This document shows positions 47,061-56,678 of a stretch of DNA of 64,000 nt, one piece after another (positions within the stretch are counted from its first letter, which is position 1; each line of letters opens with the position of its first letter). The position numbers and the translations under genes are program-made. The notes below the pieces were generated by a model. That model saw nothing but the letters and a program-made list of their open reading frames with translations. It made no database searches and was not told the DNA's origin. Source of the DNA: Candidatus Latescibacterota bacterium (lineage in GTDB: Bacteria; Latescibacterota; UBA2968); NCBI GenBank assembly GCA_965205975.1, contig OZ242195.1, positions 544,001 through 608,000 of the forward strand, in the 5' to 3' direction.

Positions 47061-48608
47061 TTATGTGCCGAGCGTGCTTTGTTCGCATTCGGCATATTTT
47101 TTGACCAGGTCGTCGTACACTGCGGTGTTGGTTGGGGTGACGGCGGATCCGGATATGGGTTCGGCGATGTCCTTGCTGATGTCTTCCCAGGTGGCGTTGA
47201 GGTGCGCATGCGCTGCGCGGAGAGCCGCGCCGAGTGCCGCGCTGTTGGTGACTTCAAATTGGTAAACGGGGCAGTTTTGCACATCGGCCATGATTTGAAG
47301 GATTTCGGGATTGACCGATGCACCGCCTGTGACGTAGATGGCTGAGGGACGCACACCCATCCATTCTGAGTGAAGGCGCATAGACATCATTTGCGCCTCG
47401 ACAACCGCGCGGCAACTGCCGGCGGCGTCCTGTTCGTCGAGGTCAAAGCGGTGTACGCCGGGATTGAGGACATTGGGTACGATTTCGGGTTCAAAATAGG
47501 GAAGCATGATTTTGCCATTATTGCCCGGGGGGGTGGATTGGAGTGCATGGGAAAAACCGTCCCAATCCAGACCATGAGATTTGCGAACGGCTTCGCGGGC
47601 GAGGGAGCCGTTTTTGAAACATATAAGGGTCATATAATCGCCAGTGGGTGAGACAAAGACGTGACCTTCGCCGCGCGGGTCGGTCTGGCAATTTTTCATT
47701 GTGCCAAAGTAGGTGTCGCTGGTGCCGAGCGAGATGGCGACGAGGCCCTCGCGGATGAGTCCGAGGCCAACGACGCTGTTGGGATTGTCGCCCGACCAGA
47801 CGAGCGCCTGTGCATTGGGATTGACGCCGTATTTATCGACAAAGTAGGGGTTCACAGTGCCGATAATCGCGCGGGATTCTGTGAGGGGGGGCAGACGATG
47901 GGATAGATCAGGGGCTGTGGCGTCGAGCGCGGCAGCATGATAGGTTCGGGTCTGAATATCCATCAGGTTCATGCCTGCGCCATCGCCGTGATCGATGGGG
48001 GCAACTTTGCCCGCGATCAGAGAGGCCATGAAGGAAGAGACGAGCATGATGTGTGCGGTATTGTTATAAGCATCGGGTTGTGTTTTGTAGAATTTGCGAA
48101 TCTGTGGTCCCGTGAAGCGTTCAAAGGTGGTAGATCCTGTGGCGCTGGCTGTGGCTTGAAGACCGCCGAGGGCGTCGCAAATTTCATCGCATTCGGCGCG
48201 GGTAGAGGAATCCATCCAGATGGGAGATGTGTCGCGGGAGAGTATACCGCTGAGGTTTTCTACGAGGGATTTTGAGGGATTGAGATTGGATAAGATATCC
48301 GCATTTTTGAGATAGACAGAGCCGTGTTGTTGCCCCGAGCCAGAGATGGCCCGGATATTGCCGAGGGTTATGCCCTCGGTTTTCATTTTTTCGAAAAGCA
48401 CATCGAGGGCTTCGGCCCACATGAGAGGTGGCGAATGAACAATTTTGGGATCGGGATGGTCGAGGACACCATTTTGAGTGCCATAATGCGGTAGCGTTTC
48501 GTCGTAGTTCAGTGAAACGTCGTACACGACTTTGCGGGTGTCGATGTCTATAATAATAGCACTCAAGCTCTGCGTGCTGGCGTCAAGCCCGAGATATAGG
48601 TTGCTCAT
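47061..48608 (-). CDS. Xylulokinase-like FGGY kinase
   Basis: LGLDASTQS, SGSGQQHGSVY, ERFTGPQI, GDNP, SLGTSDT. Confidence 0.85.
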   Translation of the reverse strand: MSNLYLGLDASTQSLSAIIIDIDTRKVVYDVSLNYDETLPHYGTQNGVLDHPDPKIVHSPPLMWAEALDVLFEKMKTEGITLGNIRAISGSGQQHGSVYLKNADILSNLNPSKSLVENLSGILSRDTSPIWMDSSTRAECDEICDALGGLQATASATGSTTFERFTGPQIRKFYKTQPDAYNNTAHIMLVSSFMASLIAGKVAPIDHGDGAGMNLMDIQTRTYHAAALDATAPDLSHRLPPLTESRAIIGTVNPYFVDKYGVNPNAQALVWSGDNPNSVVGLGLIREGLVAISLGTSDTYFGTMKNCQTDPRGEGHVFVSPTGDYMTLICFKNGSLAREAVRKSHGLDWDGFSHALQSTPPGNNGKIMLPYFEPEIVPNVLNPGVHRFDLDEQDAAGSCRAVVEAQMMSMRLHSEWMGVRPSAIYVTGGASVNPEILQIMADVQNCPVYQFEVTNSAALGAALRAAHAHLNATWEDISKDIAEPISGSAVTPTNTAVYDDLVKKYAECEQSTLGT

Positions 48609-48617
48609 GGATACTCC

Positions 48618-49403
48618 TCAGGATTTATAAATAACCGGGCATTTGGACAGGTCGTCAATGTGTCGGGCAAGGCCCTGTCGCTCATCGTTGACGGGGCGCG
48701 AGTTTTCGGTACGCATGTGAATGGCAAAGCTGCGACGAGGTCCATCTGATCGGTTGGGTCCGCTGCCGTGGAGCGTGAAGCAGTCGTGCAAGCTCAATGC
48801 GCCGGGGGACAGGAGCATGGGGACTTCTCGCCAGGTGGCATGTTCGGGTATTGATATGCCGCTGCGCAATGTGTCGAGGTCTTGTTGCTGAAAGCCGAAG
48901 TCGATGTCCAAAAGCCCCCAGCGGTGTGATCCGGGAACAAAGCGCATGGGTCCAGCATCTGGTGTGATGTTGCTGAGGGCAACCCACGCTGTGAAGAGTT
49001 CGCTGCCGTCTTCCCATATTCGCCAGTAATAGCGGTCCTGATGCCAGCCGATGTTGGTGACGCGTTGATCGGTGGGTTCGCCCACGGGTTTGTAGAGCAG
49101 TTGCACCCACCAGACTTGCACCATTTTTGCTCCTGTGACTTCAGCGGCGAGTTTGCCGAGGGCGGGATGCGAGACCAGGTCCATGATGGCGTGACTGGCA
49201 AATTGCGGCATTTCAATTTTGCAAAGTGCTTTGGGATCATCGCCGGGGTTCCATCGGGAGTTTTCTGGCGGATGTCCGGTATCGTATTTCCCTGCGCGTA
49301 CAGCATCCATGCCTTCAATTGCTGTATTGACGACGTCGGCTGGAAAAACCGGGTCAGAAATAACGCAAAAACCATCTTTTCGATATTGTTTCGACAGGGT
49401 CAT
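48618..49403 (-). CDS. PhyH-family dioxygenase
   Basis: WHQD, AWVAL, VPGSH, HGS..N.S..PRR. Confidence 0.9.
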   Translation of the reverse strand: MTLSKQYRKDGFCVISDPVFPADVVNTAIEGMDAVRAGKYDTGHPPENSRWNPGDDPKALCKIEMPQFASHAIMDLVSHPALGKLAAEVTGAKMVQVWWVQLLYKPVGEPTDQRVTNIGWHQDRYYWRIWEDGSELFTAWVALSNITPDAGPMRFVPGSHRWGLLDIDFGFQQQDLDTLRSGISIPEHATWREVPMLLSPGALSLHDCFTLHGSGPNRSDGPRRSFAIHMRTENSRPVNDERQGLARHIDDLSKCPVIYKS

Positions 49404-49410
49404 AATATCC

Positions 49411-50022
49411 TCACGCTACAGGTCGCCTTGAGACTTGCAAAAATCGCACGGCACGCTGTCCCAGCCGTTTTAATAGGTCCAGATCTTGCCGCGCTTTGGC
49501 CAGTATCAAAATGCCTTCGTAATACGCCCACAATGCCAGAGCTGTTTCCCGCGTGTCCATGGGAGATAGATCACTGGCTTCTACCGCTTCATCAAGTGTT
49601 TTTTGTAACCGGCCGATTACATCCTCAAAGATGCGATCAATTTTTTGGCGGATCAGCGGCTCGTGCGCACTCATCTCCACGGCGAGATTGCCAAACGGAC
49701 ATCCGCAAAGCTGTTTGTGTTGCTCGTAAAATTGGCAATTTTGCTCATAGACCAGTTCAAAAAAACGCGAAATCCGTTCCAGCGGCGGTCGTTCTGATGA
49801 AAAAGCCCGCTCCCAGGCGGTCTCTCGTGTAATCTCCCACCATTGATCTAATGAAGCCAGTACCAGGTCTTGTTTGGTTTCAAAGAAGTGGTAAAAGCTC
49901 CCTTTTTTTATTCCAGCAGCTTTGCACAATTCCTGTACGCCCACGTCGGTATAACTGCGCGTGAAAAACAAATCCATCGCAGCCTGTATCAGTCGCTCTT
50001 TTGCATCGCTCGTGCGTCCCAT
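49411..50022 (-). CDS. TetR/AcrR transcriptional regulator
   Basis: HTH GIKKGSFYHFF..K; GCPFGN. Confidence 0.92.
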   Translation of the reverse strand: MGRTSDAKERLIQAAMDLFFTRSYTDVGVQELCKAAGIKKGSFYHFFETKQDLVLASLDQWWEITRETAWERAFSSERPPLERISRFFELVYEQNCQFYEQHKQLCGCPFGNLAVEMSAHEPLIRQKIDRIFEDVIGRLQKTLDEAVEASDLSPMDTRETALALWAYYEGILILAKARQDLDLLKRLGQRAVRFLQVSRRPVA

Positions 50023-50032
50023 GATGTGCCTT

Positions 50033-50473
50033 TTACGATAGATTCGACAAGTCCGCTATGTCCTGAGGTCGCCCAGTCGCTTTTTTATTTTGCTTTAAAT
50101 TTTGTAAGTCAATAACATGGGCTATCATTTCATTAATTTGGATGTCAACTCTGGTCTCATAACACGAATCAAATGTTACACCCTTTAAACCGGTGAAAAG
50201 ATCGATGCGGTTGGGGGGCAGCCCCAGTTGGATCATATCTTCGGGGTCTTCAAAATCTTCGGCCTTCAAACCGAGCGATCCAAAGCCAAATTGCTTGAGT
50301 GTTTCAAGCAACTTCTCTATATTCTCAACCGCGGGATCTATCCAAATATCCAGATCTTTGGTATAACGCGGATGACCGTGAAATGCGACGGCATATCCAC
50401 CGACAATGAGATATCGGACGTTATTTTCGTTTAACAACGCGATAAACTCTTTGAAATCCTGGGTCAGTGCCAT
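50033..50473 (-). CDS. Nucleotidyltransferase (DUF6036-like)
   Basis: GGYAVAFHG.PR.TKDLD, K.ATGRPQD. Confidence 0.85.
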   Translation of the reverse strand: MALTQDFKEFIALLNENNVRYLIVGGYAVAFHGHPRYTKDLDIWIDPAVENIEKLLETLKQFGFGSLGLKAEDFEDPEDMIQLGLPPNRIDLFTGLKGVTFDSCYETRVDIQINEMIAHVIDLQNLKQNKKATGRPQDIADLSNLS

Positions 50474-50621
50474 ATTTCCAACTGTTGTATTCTCGTCTTA
50501 TCTCTTCTAAGGCATCTATGCGAGCTTGATAAGACTGCGTTTGCCAGAAGGCGAAGTCGCTCTTTTGAGCGTTGACCTTACATTTTGTCACAACCTTCTG
50601 TATGTTTCTCGTCGTTTCCAT
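50421..50621 (-). CDS. Small protein overlapping the nucleotidyltransferase gene (TA-like partner)
   Basis: DFAFWQTQS..ARI.ALEEIR...FQRVYRVVK. Confidence 0.7.
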   Translation of the reverse strand: METTRNIQKVVTKCKVNAQKSDFAFWQTQSYQARIDALEEIRREYNSWKYGTDPGFQRVYRVVKRK

Positions 50622-50669
50622 AGGCTAAATATAGTCTATCTAAACCGACTTTTCAACAAGGAGCTTCAC

Positions 50670-51299
50670 ATGCGCGTTATTGCAATCGGCACGGAGTACA
50701 CGGGTAAAACCACACTGGTTCAAGCTATTCAAAAATGGGGCATGGAGCGCGGTATTCGCCATCACATGGACGATCACTTTTCCATTCCCGACCAGCAAAC
50801 CCTTACAGATCCCGCAGATCAAAAGGCTATGAACGAAGTGCCATCGCCCATCAAAGAGCGTTTTCAGCGTTTTCAGATCGCTTATCACGTGCGTCTGGTA
50901 CACAATTACCAGCACGTCTTGCTCACGGGTTTTCACATTGAGGAAATGGTCTATGGCCAACGCTATTACTATCCCGATCTGGCGCGCCCGGTCGAAAATC
51001 CCCAGGCATGGGAAAAAGACATGCCCAAAGATATTATTCTGGTGCATCTCACAGCCAGTCCTGAGGTTATCAAACAGCGCATGAAAGACGATCCGCACGA
51101 TTTTCCCATTGTGCCCGAATCGGATATCGAAGAAGTCCAGGAGGCATTTCACGAAGAATTTCGCAAATCGTTTTTTAAACAAAAATTTCAGATTGACACA
51201 TCAGATCTGAACGCAGACACCTTGCTCAAAGCCTTTCTCGACCAATCGTTTCCCTATCTCACCGCCGCCGATCACGCTATTCGGTTGGCTGTTGGGTGA
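50670..51299 (+). CDS. P-loop NTPase / nucleoside kinase-like protein
   Basis: GTEYTGKTT; AAGGAG RBS. Confidence 0.75.
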   Translation: MRVIAIGTEYTGKTTLVQAIQKWGMERGIRHHMDDHFSIPDQQTLTDPADQKAMNEVPSPIKERFQRFQIAYHVRLVHNYQHVLLTGFHIEEMVYGQRYYYPDLARPVENPQAWEKDMPKDIILVHLTASPEVIKQRMKDDPHDFPIVPESDIEEVQEAFHEEFRKSFFKQKFQIDTSDLNADTLLKAFLDQSFPYLTAADHAIRLAVG

Positions 51300-52717
51300 A
51301 AGGTGAGGTACTCATATTGCCATCTCCATCTCCCGACATGCGCCTCGCGTTCGACGATGGCACGCTCGTCCTTCTGGATTCGCCAGCGGACTATGAACCG
51401 CCATCTCCATTTATATGGGATAGCCGCGTAGGGCGCTGGCGCGCTCAGGCACATCGGTATCGCGATGTTGTCGAGGCATTACAGGCTCAGGATGTAAAAA
51501 CAAAAAATGTGGTCCCGCGCTACAATCGCCTCAAACTCAATTTTAACCGAGGACACACCCCACATCCGCATCAGGCCGAAGCTTTTGACGCCTGGGGTTC
51601 AAATCAATATCGCGGCGTGGTTGTTCTGCCTACGGGGTCGGGCAAGTCGCTTTTGGCACTGATGGGTATTGCAGAAGTTGCCCGCAGTACTCTTGTTGTC
51701 GCGCCTACGATTGATCTTATGAATCAGTGGTATGACTTGCTCAAAGACGCCTTTTCATGCGATATTGGTATTCTGGGTGGGGGATATCACGAGCTTGAAG
51801 ACCTCACTGTAACGACTTACGACAGTGCGTATATGCACATGGACCGCTATGGCAATCGCTTTGGTTTTCTGGTTTTTGACGAGGTCCATCACTTGCCCGG
51901 CGAATCCTATTCTCACGGTGCAGAACTTTCTATTGCGCCCTATCGCCTGGGGCTTACAGCCACGCTCGAACGCCCGGATGGTCGCCATCTTATGCTGCGC
52001 GATCTCGTGGGGCCAACTGTTTATGAAAAGGGTATCCGCGACCTGTCTGGCGATTATCTCTCCGAGTACAATACAGAGCGCATAGAAGTCGATATGGTGG
52101 CTGAAGAGCGCGCCGAATACGAAGCCGCGCGTTCGCAATTCAGTGATTTTCTGGAGTCCAAGAATTTGCGATTGGGCAGTGCTTCTGGATGGCAAAATTT
52201 TGTGCGTCTCTCGGCGCGTTCCAGCGATGGTCGAAGGGCGATGCTCGCCTATCGCCGCTATCGAAAAGTCGCTCTGGGTACAACAGCTAAGTTGCGCGTG
52301 TTGGAAGACTTGCTGAAAAAACACCCGCGTGACCGCATGCTTATTTTCACCAACGACAACGAAACGGTTTATAATATTTCAGAGCAATTTCTCATTCCCG
52401 CCATTACGCACCAGACCCGCACAAAGGAACGCAGGGAAATTCTCAAAGCTTTTAATGAGGGGGACATCCTCGCGCTTGTCACTTCTCGCGTGCTCAACGA
52501 AGGGGTCAACGTGCCCGAGGCCAATGTCGCGGTTGTGCTTTCGGGGACGAGTACTATCCGCGAGCACGTCCAGAGACTGGGGCGCATTTTGCGCCGCCGC
52601 GAAGGCAAACACGCCATTCTCTACGAAGTGATTTCTCGCAATACGGTTGAAGACCGCATTTCCCGCCGTCGCAGACAACACGACGCGTACGATGGGAAGC
52701 AACGAGAAATGTTTTGA
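51296..52717 (+). CDS. XPB/Rad25-like SF2 helicase
   Basis: LPTGSGKS, DEVHH, GLTATLER.DG, QRLGRILR; exact start uncertain. Confidence 0.88.
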   Translation: MKGEVLILPSPSPDMRLAFDDGTLVLLDSPADYEPPSPFIWDSRVGRWRAQAHRYRDVVEALQAQDVKTKNVVPRYNRLKLNFNRGHTPHPHQAEAFDAWGSNQYRGVVVLPTGSGKSLLALMGIAEVARSTLVVAPTIDLMNQWYDLLKDAFSCDIGILGGGYHELEDLTVTTYDSAYMHMDRYGNRFGFLVFDEVHHLPGESYSHGAELSIAPYRLGLTATLERPDGRHLMLRDLVGPTVYEKGIRDLSGDYLSEYNTERIEVDMVAEERAEYEAARSQFSDFLESKNLRLGSASGWQNFVRLSARSSDGRRAMLAYRRYRKVALGTTAKLRVLEDLLKKHPRDRMLIFTNDNETVYNISEQFLIPAITHQTRTKERREILKAFNEGDILALVTSRVLNEGVNVPEANVAVVLSGTSTIREHVQRLGRILRRREGKHAILYEVISRNTVEDRISRRRRQHDAYDGKQREMF

Positions 52718-52728
52718 GAGGAGCCTCT

Positions 52729-53346
52729 GTGCATATCGAAGATCTCTTTACGCCAGCCCAACGAGTGCTTGTCGCCCACCTTCACAGCCGCGACCAGGAG
52801 GAGCGCCAAGCTGGCTCTACCGATCCGCTGCGTCTTAAGGCCGCCAGCCCAGAAGTGGCACATTATCTGTGTCTTACCGCGGTTCACCAGCGCGCGAGGA
52901 CGCTGGTCGAGTTTGGCACGTCGCACGGTTATTCCACTTTGCATCTGGCTGCGGCAGCGCAGCACACGGGCGGCCGCGTTTTTACGCTGGATCAGATGCC
53001 CGAGAAAACCGCGGCGGCTCAGGGTAATTTGCGAGCCGTGGGTCTGGACCATCTGGTGGCGTGTCATACGAGTACTGGTGATGCTTTTATTGAGGCTCTT
53101 CCAGATCGCGTGGATTTCGTTTTTGTTGATTTTGGGCTGCACGCTTTTGCGCCTATGTTCGATATTCTGGAAAGCCGTCTGACACCAGGAGCTTTCCTCT
53201 TTGTCGATGGCTGGTCTGCGGTGGAACAATGGTACATGGATCCGGATTGGGCCGCTTTTAAGCGCCGCCTGGACGAGGCTTCCGATTATCTGACGTGTAT
53301 TTTGCCCCTGCAAAAGTCGCACCTCATTGCCATTAAACTGTCCTAA
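52729..53346 (+). CDS. Class I SAM-dependent O-methyltransferase
   Basis: VEFGTSHGYST, DFVFVD. Confidence 0.85.
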   Translation: MHIEDLFTPAQRVLVAHLHSRDQEERQAGSTDPLRLKAASPEVAHYLCLTAVHQRARTLVEFGTSHGYSTLHLAAAAQHTGGRVFTLDQMPEKTAAAQGNLRAVGLDHLVACHTSTGDAFIEALPDRVDFVFVDFGLHAFAPMFDILESRLTPGAFLFVDGWSAVEQWYMDPDWAAFKRRLDEASDYLTCILPLQKSHLIAIKLS

Positions 53347-53354
53347 AAAAGATG

Positions 53355-53384
53355 GCCCGATTCCGATAAGGAACCGGGCTTTTT
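53355..53384 (+). terminator. Intrinsic terminator
   Basis: GCCCGATTCC-gataa-GGAACCGGGC followed by TTTTT. Confidence 0.7.
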
Positions 53385-53409
53385 CTGCGTATCGCATACG
53401 CAATAGGTC

Positions 53410-53457
53410 AAAAGCGTACGTACTAAATATTGATACGTACGCTTTTTTGTTTATTTT
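53410..53457 (+). promoter_or_regulatory. Palindromic operator overlapping the promoter of the Phd/VapC module
   Basis: AAAAGCGTACGTA-N11-TACGTACGCTTTT; TTGATA-N16-TATTTT. Confidence 0.6.
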
Positions 53458-53505
53458 GATTCTTATAGTCTGTCGTGAAATGGTCTATTTGCCCAGGAGT
53501 GTGAC

Positions 53506-53742
53506 ATGAAAACAATTACGCCGACCGAATTGCGGGGGAATATCTACCAGATATTGGATGATATCTTGAATACGGGTGTGCCCGTCAAAATCAATAAAGG
53601 AGATCGAAAACTCATTATCGCACCGATCGAGAGTATAGACAAACTTCAGAACTTGCGAAACAGGAAGCATGTGATTAAAGGCGATCCCGAGGACCTGGTA
53701 CATATCACATGGGACAAGGCCGTGAATATTGATCTACCTTGA
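53506..53742 (+). CDS. Phd/YefM antitoxin
   Basis: ITPTELRGNIYQILD...TG.PV.I. Confidence 0.88.
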   Translation: MKTITPTELRGNIYQILDDILNTGVPVKINKGDRKLIIAPIESIDKLQNLRNRKHVIKGDPEDLVHITWDKAVNIDLP

Positions 53743-53785
53743 TACCCATATTGCGGTGTGGTTATACGCTGGTCAAACCGAAATG
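53729..53785 (+). pseudogene. VapC PIN toxin N-terminal remnant
   Basis: (M)IYLDTHIAVWLYAGQTE overlapping the antitoxin stop, then loss of similarity. Confidence 0.78.
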
Positions 53786-53858
53786 CGGTTGACAAAATGG
53801 CGTTGTTGCTACACTTTTTGGTTGTGAGGATAATTGAAACGGTAGCAAAAGGAGAAAA

Positions 53859-54089
53859 ATGATTTGCGAACATGATGTCGTTGTTTTGATTCACGATGTC
53901 GAGGATTATGATCTTAAAGCAGGAGATGTCGGTGCCGTAGTGCATTGTTACGAAGCAGGCAACGCTTATGAGGTTGAATTTGTAACTCCCCAGGGTAAAA
54001 CAGTTGCACTTCTTACATTAAATCAGTGAGATATTCGCCCAATGGGTGACAGTGAAATTTTGCATGTTCGCGATATGGCAACATCATAA
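53859..54089 (+). pseudogene. DUF4926 protein with in-frame TGA (54027-54029)
   Basis: MICEHDVVVL...LKAGDVGAVVH.Y...YEVEFV...G.TVALLTLNQ*DIRPM..EILHVR. Confidence 0.8.
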
Positions 54090-54102
54090 AATGGGTCTGA
54101 CA

Positions 54103-54390
54103 ATGGACAAAACAGAAATAGTGAACACGCTCAAGGCATTGAAACCCGATCTTCTCCAACACAAAGTGCGAGAAATTGGCTTATTTGGATCTTTTGCACG
54201 AGATGAGCAGCAAAATACCAGTGATATAGATGTCTTGATAGATTTTGACGATGATGCCAGCTTATTTGATCTGATCAGGGTTGGAGATTTTTTGGAAACA
54301 AAACTTCATCGCAAAGTAGATGTTGTACCCAAAGAGTCACTTCGAGAGGAAATTCGAGACACTGTGTTAAAAGAAATGATAGTGTTATGA
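54103..54390 (+). CDS. MNT (MntA-like) nucleotidyltransferase antitoxin
   Basis: GSFARDEQQNTSDID (GSx10DxD). Confidence 0.9.
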   Translation: MDKTEIVNTLKALKPDLLQHKVREIGLFGSFARDEQQNTSDIDVLIDFDDDASLFDLIRVGDFLETKLHRKVDVVPKESLREEIRDTVLKEMIVL

Positions 54391-54740
54391 GGGACTTAAC
54401 GCTATATCTGAAAGACATATTGGCAGCGATGGATAGTATTGAATCTTTCATCTCAGGGATGACTTTTGAAACATTCGAGAGTGACGATAAGACATCCAGC
54501 GCTGTCATTAGAAAACTCGAAATCATAGGTGAAGCTTCTAAACAGATTCCAGACGATGTCAGAGCGATTTCGCCGCAGGTTCCCTGGCGAGAGATGTCGG
54601 GAATGCGCGATAGATTGATCCACTCCTATTTTGGAGTCAATTTCCGACTTGTTTGGAAAGCCATTACAGATGATACGCCCAAAGCCAAACCACACATTCA
54701 GCAACTTTTAGCTGATATAACCCAAAACAAATTGCAATAG
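54387..54740 (+). CDS. HEPN/DUF86 (HepT-like) RNase toxin
   Basis: EIIGEA, RDRLIHSY (Rx4HxY). Confidence 0.9.
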   Translation: MRDLTLYLKDILAAMDSIESFISGMTFETFESDDKTSSAVIRKLEIIGEASKQIPDDVRAISPQVPWREMSGMRDRLIHSYFGVNFRLVWKAITDDTPKAKPHIQQLLADITQNKLQ

Positions 54741-54751
54741 AAAGGCATACC

Positions 54752-55606
54752 ATGGATATGACGAAACAACCACCTCGCCGGCCGACCAACACTTCAATGC
54801 TCGGTATTGTATCGCTTGCGCGTTTGACCGATAAAGCGCGGGCGCACCGGGCAAATACGATTGGCGAACATCTCTATGGCGAGAACTCGGGGTTGGACAA
54901 GATAGTACTCGATTTTCTCGGCGTCTCGCACGATGATTTTGCCGATGCGGCCCAGCGCATGAATGACGCGGAATTGTGCGATTGGTTGCGTGAGAATTAC
55001 CCCAAGGCTGAAGATGAGATTCAGGCGTACAACAACGAGCTCCTCACCTGGGAACCTTTTGATGAGGCGAGTCGCCAGCGCTTAAAAGATCGTCTCGAAA
55101 AATTCAACGCCGATCCCGATAAAGTGAAAACCATGCTCCAATCTATGGAACTCGACGACTGGGGGTGTTTCCGGGAGACCGATTTGACCCTGCGCCCACC
55201 GCGTTCGCCGTATAACAGCGATGTCGCAGGCATTTACGGCGGATCGCGCATGGGCGATAAAGCACGCGCGGCAAAGGCGGGCAAACTCAACGATTATATC
55301 TACGATTGCCCCATTGATAAGGTCATTCTCGATTTTCTCAATATATCCGCCGCCGATTTTCAGGACGCGGCCTATCACAATGCCAACGATATCGAACTCG
55401 GCGATTGGGTGCTCGAACACACGGATCGCACCCAGGATGAAATTTCGGATCTGAACGAGTCTCTCTCTCAGAAGGGCCCCGATAATGACGAGCAACGCGC
55501 AATTTTCAACATAACGCTCAAGCGCGTGGCCCCCGGCCGCACCGATGTCACAACATGGTTTGACCTTCTCGACCTGGATGATGCACACGCCTACAACCTG
55601 GGATAA
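54752..55606 (+). CDS. Tandem DUF5069 domain protein
   Basis: Two internal repeats: PR.P...R..DKARA...Y...D...LDFL...P. Confidence 0.75.
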   Translation: MDMTKQPPRRPTNTSMLGIVSLARLTDKARAHRANTIGEHLYGENSGLDKIVLDFLGVSHDDFADAAQRMNDAELCDWLRENYPKAEDEIQAYNNELLTWEPFDEASRQRLKDRLEKFNADPDKVKTMLQSMELDDWGCFRETDLTLRPPRSPYNSDVAGIYGGSRMGDKARAAKAGKLNDYIYDCPIDKVILDFLNISAADFQDAAYHNANDIELGDWVLEHTDRTQDEISDLNESLSQKGPDNDEQRAIFNITLKRVAPGRTDVTTWFDLLDLDDAHAYNLG

Positions 55607-55616
55607 GAGAGGGGAT

Positions 55617-55889
55617 ATGCCCGAACCCGTCGAACTTCCGATTGATGGCGAACTCGATCTGCATCACTTTCATCCGGATGATGTCAAAATGCTCGTGCCC
55701 GACTATCTCGATGAATGCAAACTGCACGGCATTTCCGATGTGCGTATTATTCACGGCAAGGGCACGGGTGTTCTGCGCGAAATCGTCCACACCATCTTAA
55801 AACGCCGGCCCGATGTCCTCGCATATCATCTCACCGATCACAACTGGGGTTCGACCTCTGTTGTCCTCAACCTGAAGACGCAATCGTGA
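55617..55889 (+). CDS. Stand-alone Smr/MutS2 domain protein
   Basis: LDLH, IIHGKGTGVLR, WG.T. Confidence 0.9.
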   Translation: MPEPVELPIDGELDLHHFHPDDVKMLVPDYLDECKLHGISDVRIIHGKGTGVLREIVHTILKRRPDVLAYHLTDHNWGSTSVVLNLKTQS

Positions 55890-56650
55890 CGCCCAATTTA
55901 GAACTCGTCGAATACATCCAAAATGCCGAGCGCATTCTCATCTTCACGGGGGCAGGTGTTTCCACCGCGAGTGGCATACCCGATTTTCGCGGGCCAGATG
56001 GCGTGTGGAAAACCCGGCGACCGGTTTATTACCGGGATTTTATGACTTCTGAAGAAGCGCGTATCGAAGCATGGGATCAAAAGCTCGAAGGTTGGGCTGC
56101 CTTTGAAAACGCCCGTCCCAATGCTGTTCACAAGGCTGTTGTGAAGCTCGAGCGAGCAGATAAAATCGAATGCGTCATCACGCAAAATATCGATGGCCTG
56201 CATACCCGGGCTGGCACCTCTCCCGAGCACTTGATCGAATTGCACGGCACCAATGCGGAAGTCGAATGCCAGACCTGTGGCAAACGCAGCGATCCCGAAC
56301 GCCACTACGCCGCTTTTCGCCGCACAAAAAAACCTCCCGTGTGCGAATGCGGAGGTTATCTCAAATCTGCTACCATCAGCTTTGGGCAACTGCTCATTGA
56401 AGCGGACTTGCACCGATCAGCAAACGCAGCAGCCAATGCCGATCTGGCGATATCTCTGGGTTCTACTCTATCCGTCTATCCCGCCGCAAGCTTTCCATTG
56501 ATGGCAGCAGAGCGCGGTGCGCCTTATGTTATTATCAATAAGGGCAAAACTGATCACGACAATTATGCACATCTCGCATTGCGCCTTGAAGGCGATGTAA
56601 CACAAATTTTTCCATTAGCCGTAGAAGCGGCACTTAAGCCTGTCCTGTAA
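55886..56650 (+). CDS. Sirtuin (NAD-dependent deacylase)
   Basis: GAGVSTASGIPDFRG, TQNIDGLH, HG, zinc-binding Cys. Confidence 0.92.
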   Translation: MTPNLELVEYIQNAERILIFTGAGVSTASGIPDFRGPDGVWKTRRPVYYRDFMTSEEARIEAWDQKLEGWAAFENARPNAVHKAVVKLERADKIECVITQNIDGLHTRAGTSPEHLIELHGTNAEVECQTCGKRSDPERHYAAFRRTKKPPVCECGGYLKSATISFGQLLIEADLHRSANAAANADLAISLGSTLSVYPAASFPLMAAERGAPYVIINKGKTDHDNYAHLALRLEGDVTQIFPLAVEAALKPVL

Positions 56651-56664
56651 GGGGCAGGTTTTTT
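56636..56664 (+). terminator. Intrinsic terminator
   Basis: GCCTGTCCT-GTAA-GGGGCAGGT followed by a T tract. Confidence 0.65.
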
Positions 56665-56678
56665 CACGTCTTATATTT

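Noticed and set aside
54027..54029. In-frame TGA as selenocysteine
   Set aside because: No redox-motif context or evident SECIS hairpin, and neighbouring genes are decaying; a nonsense mutation is simpler.
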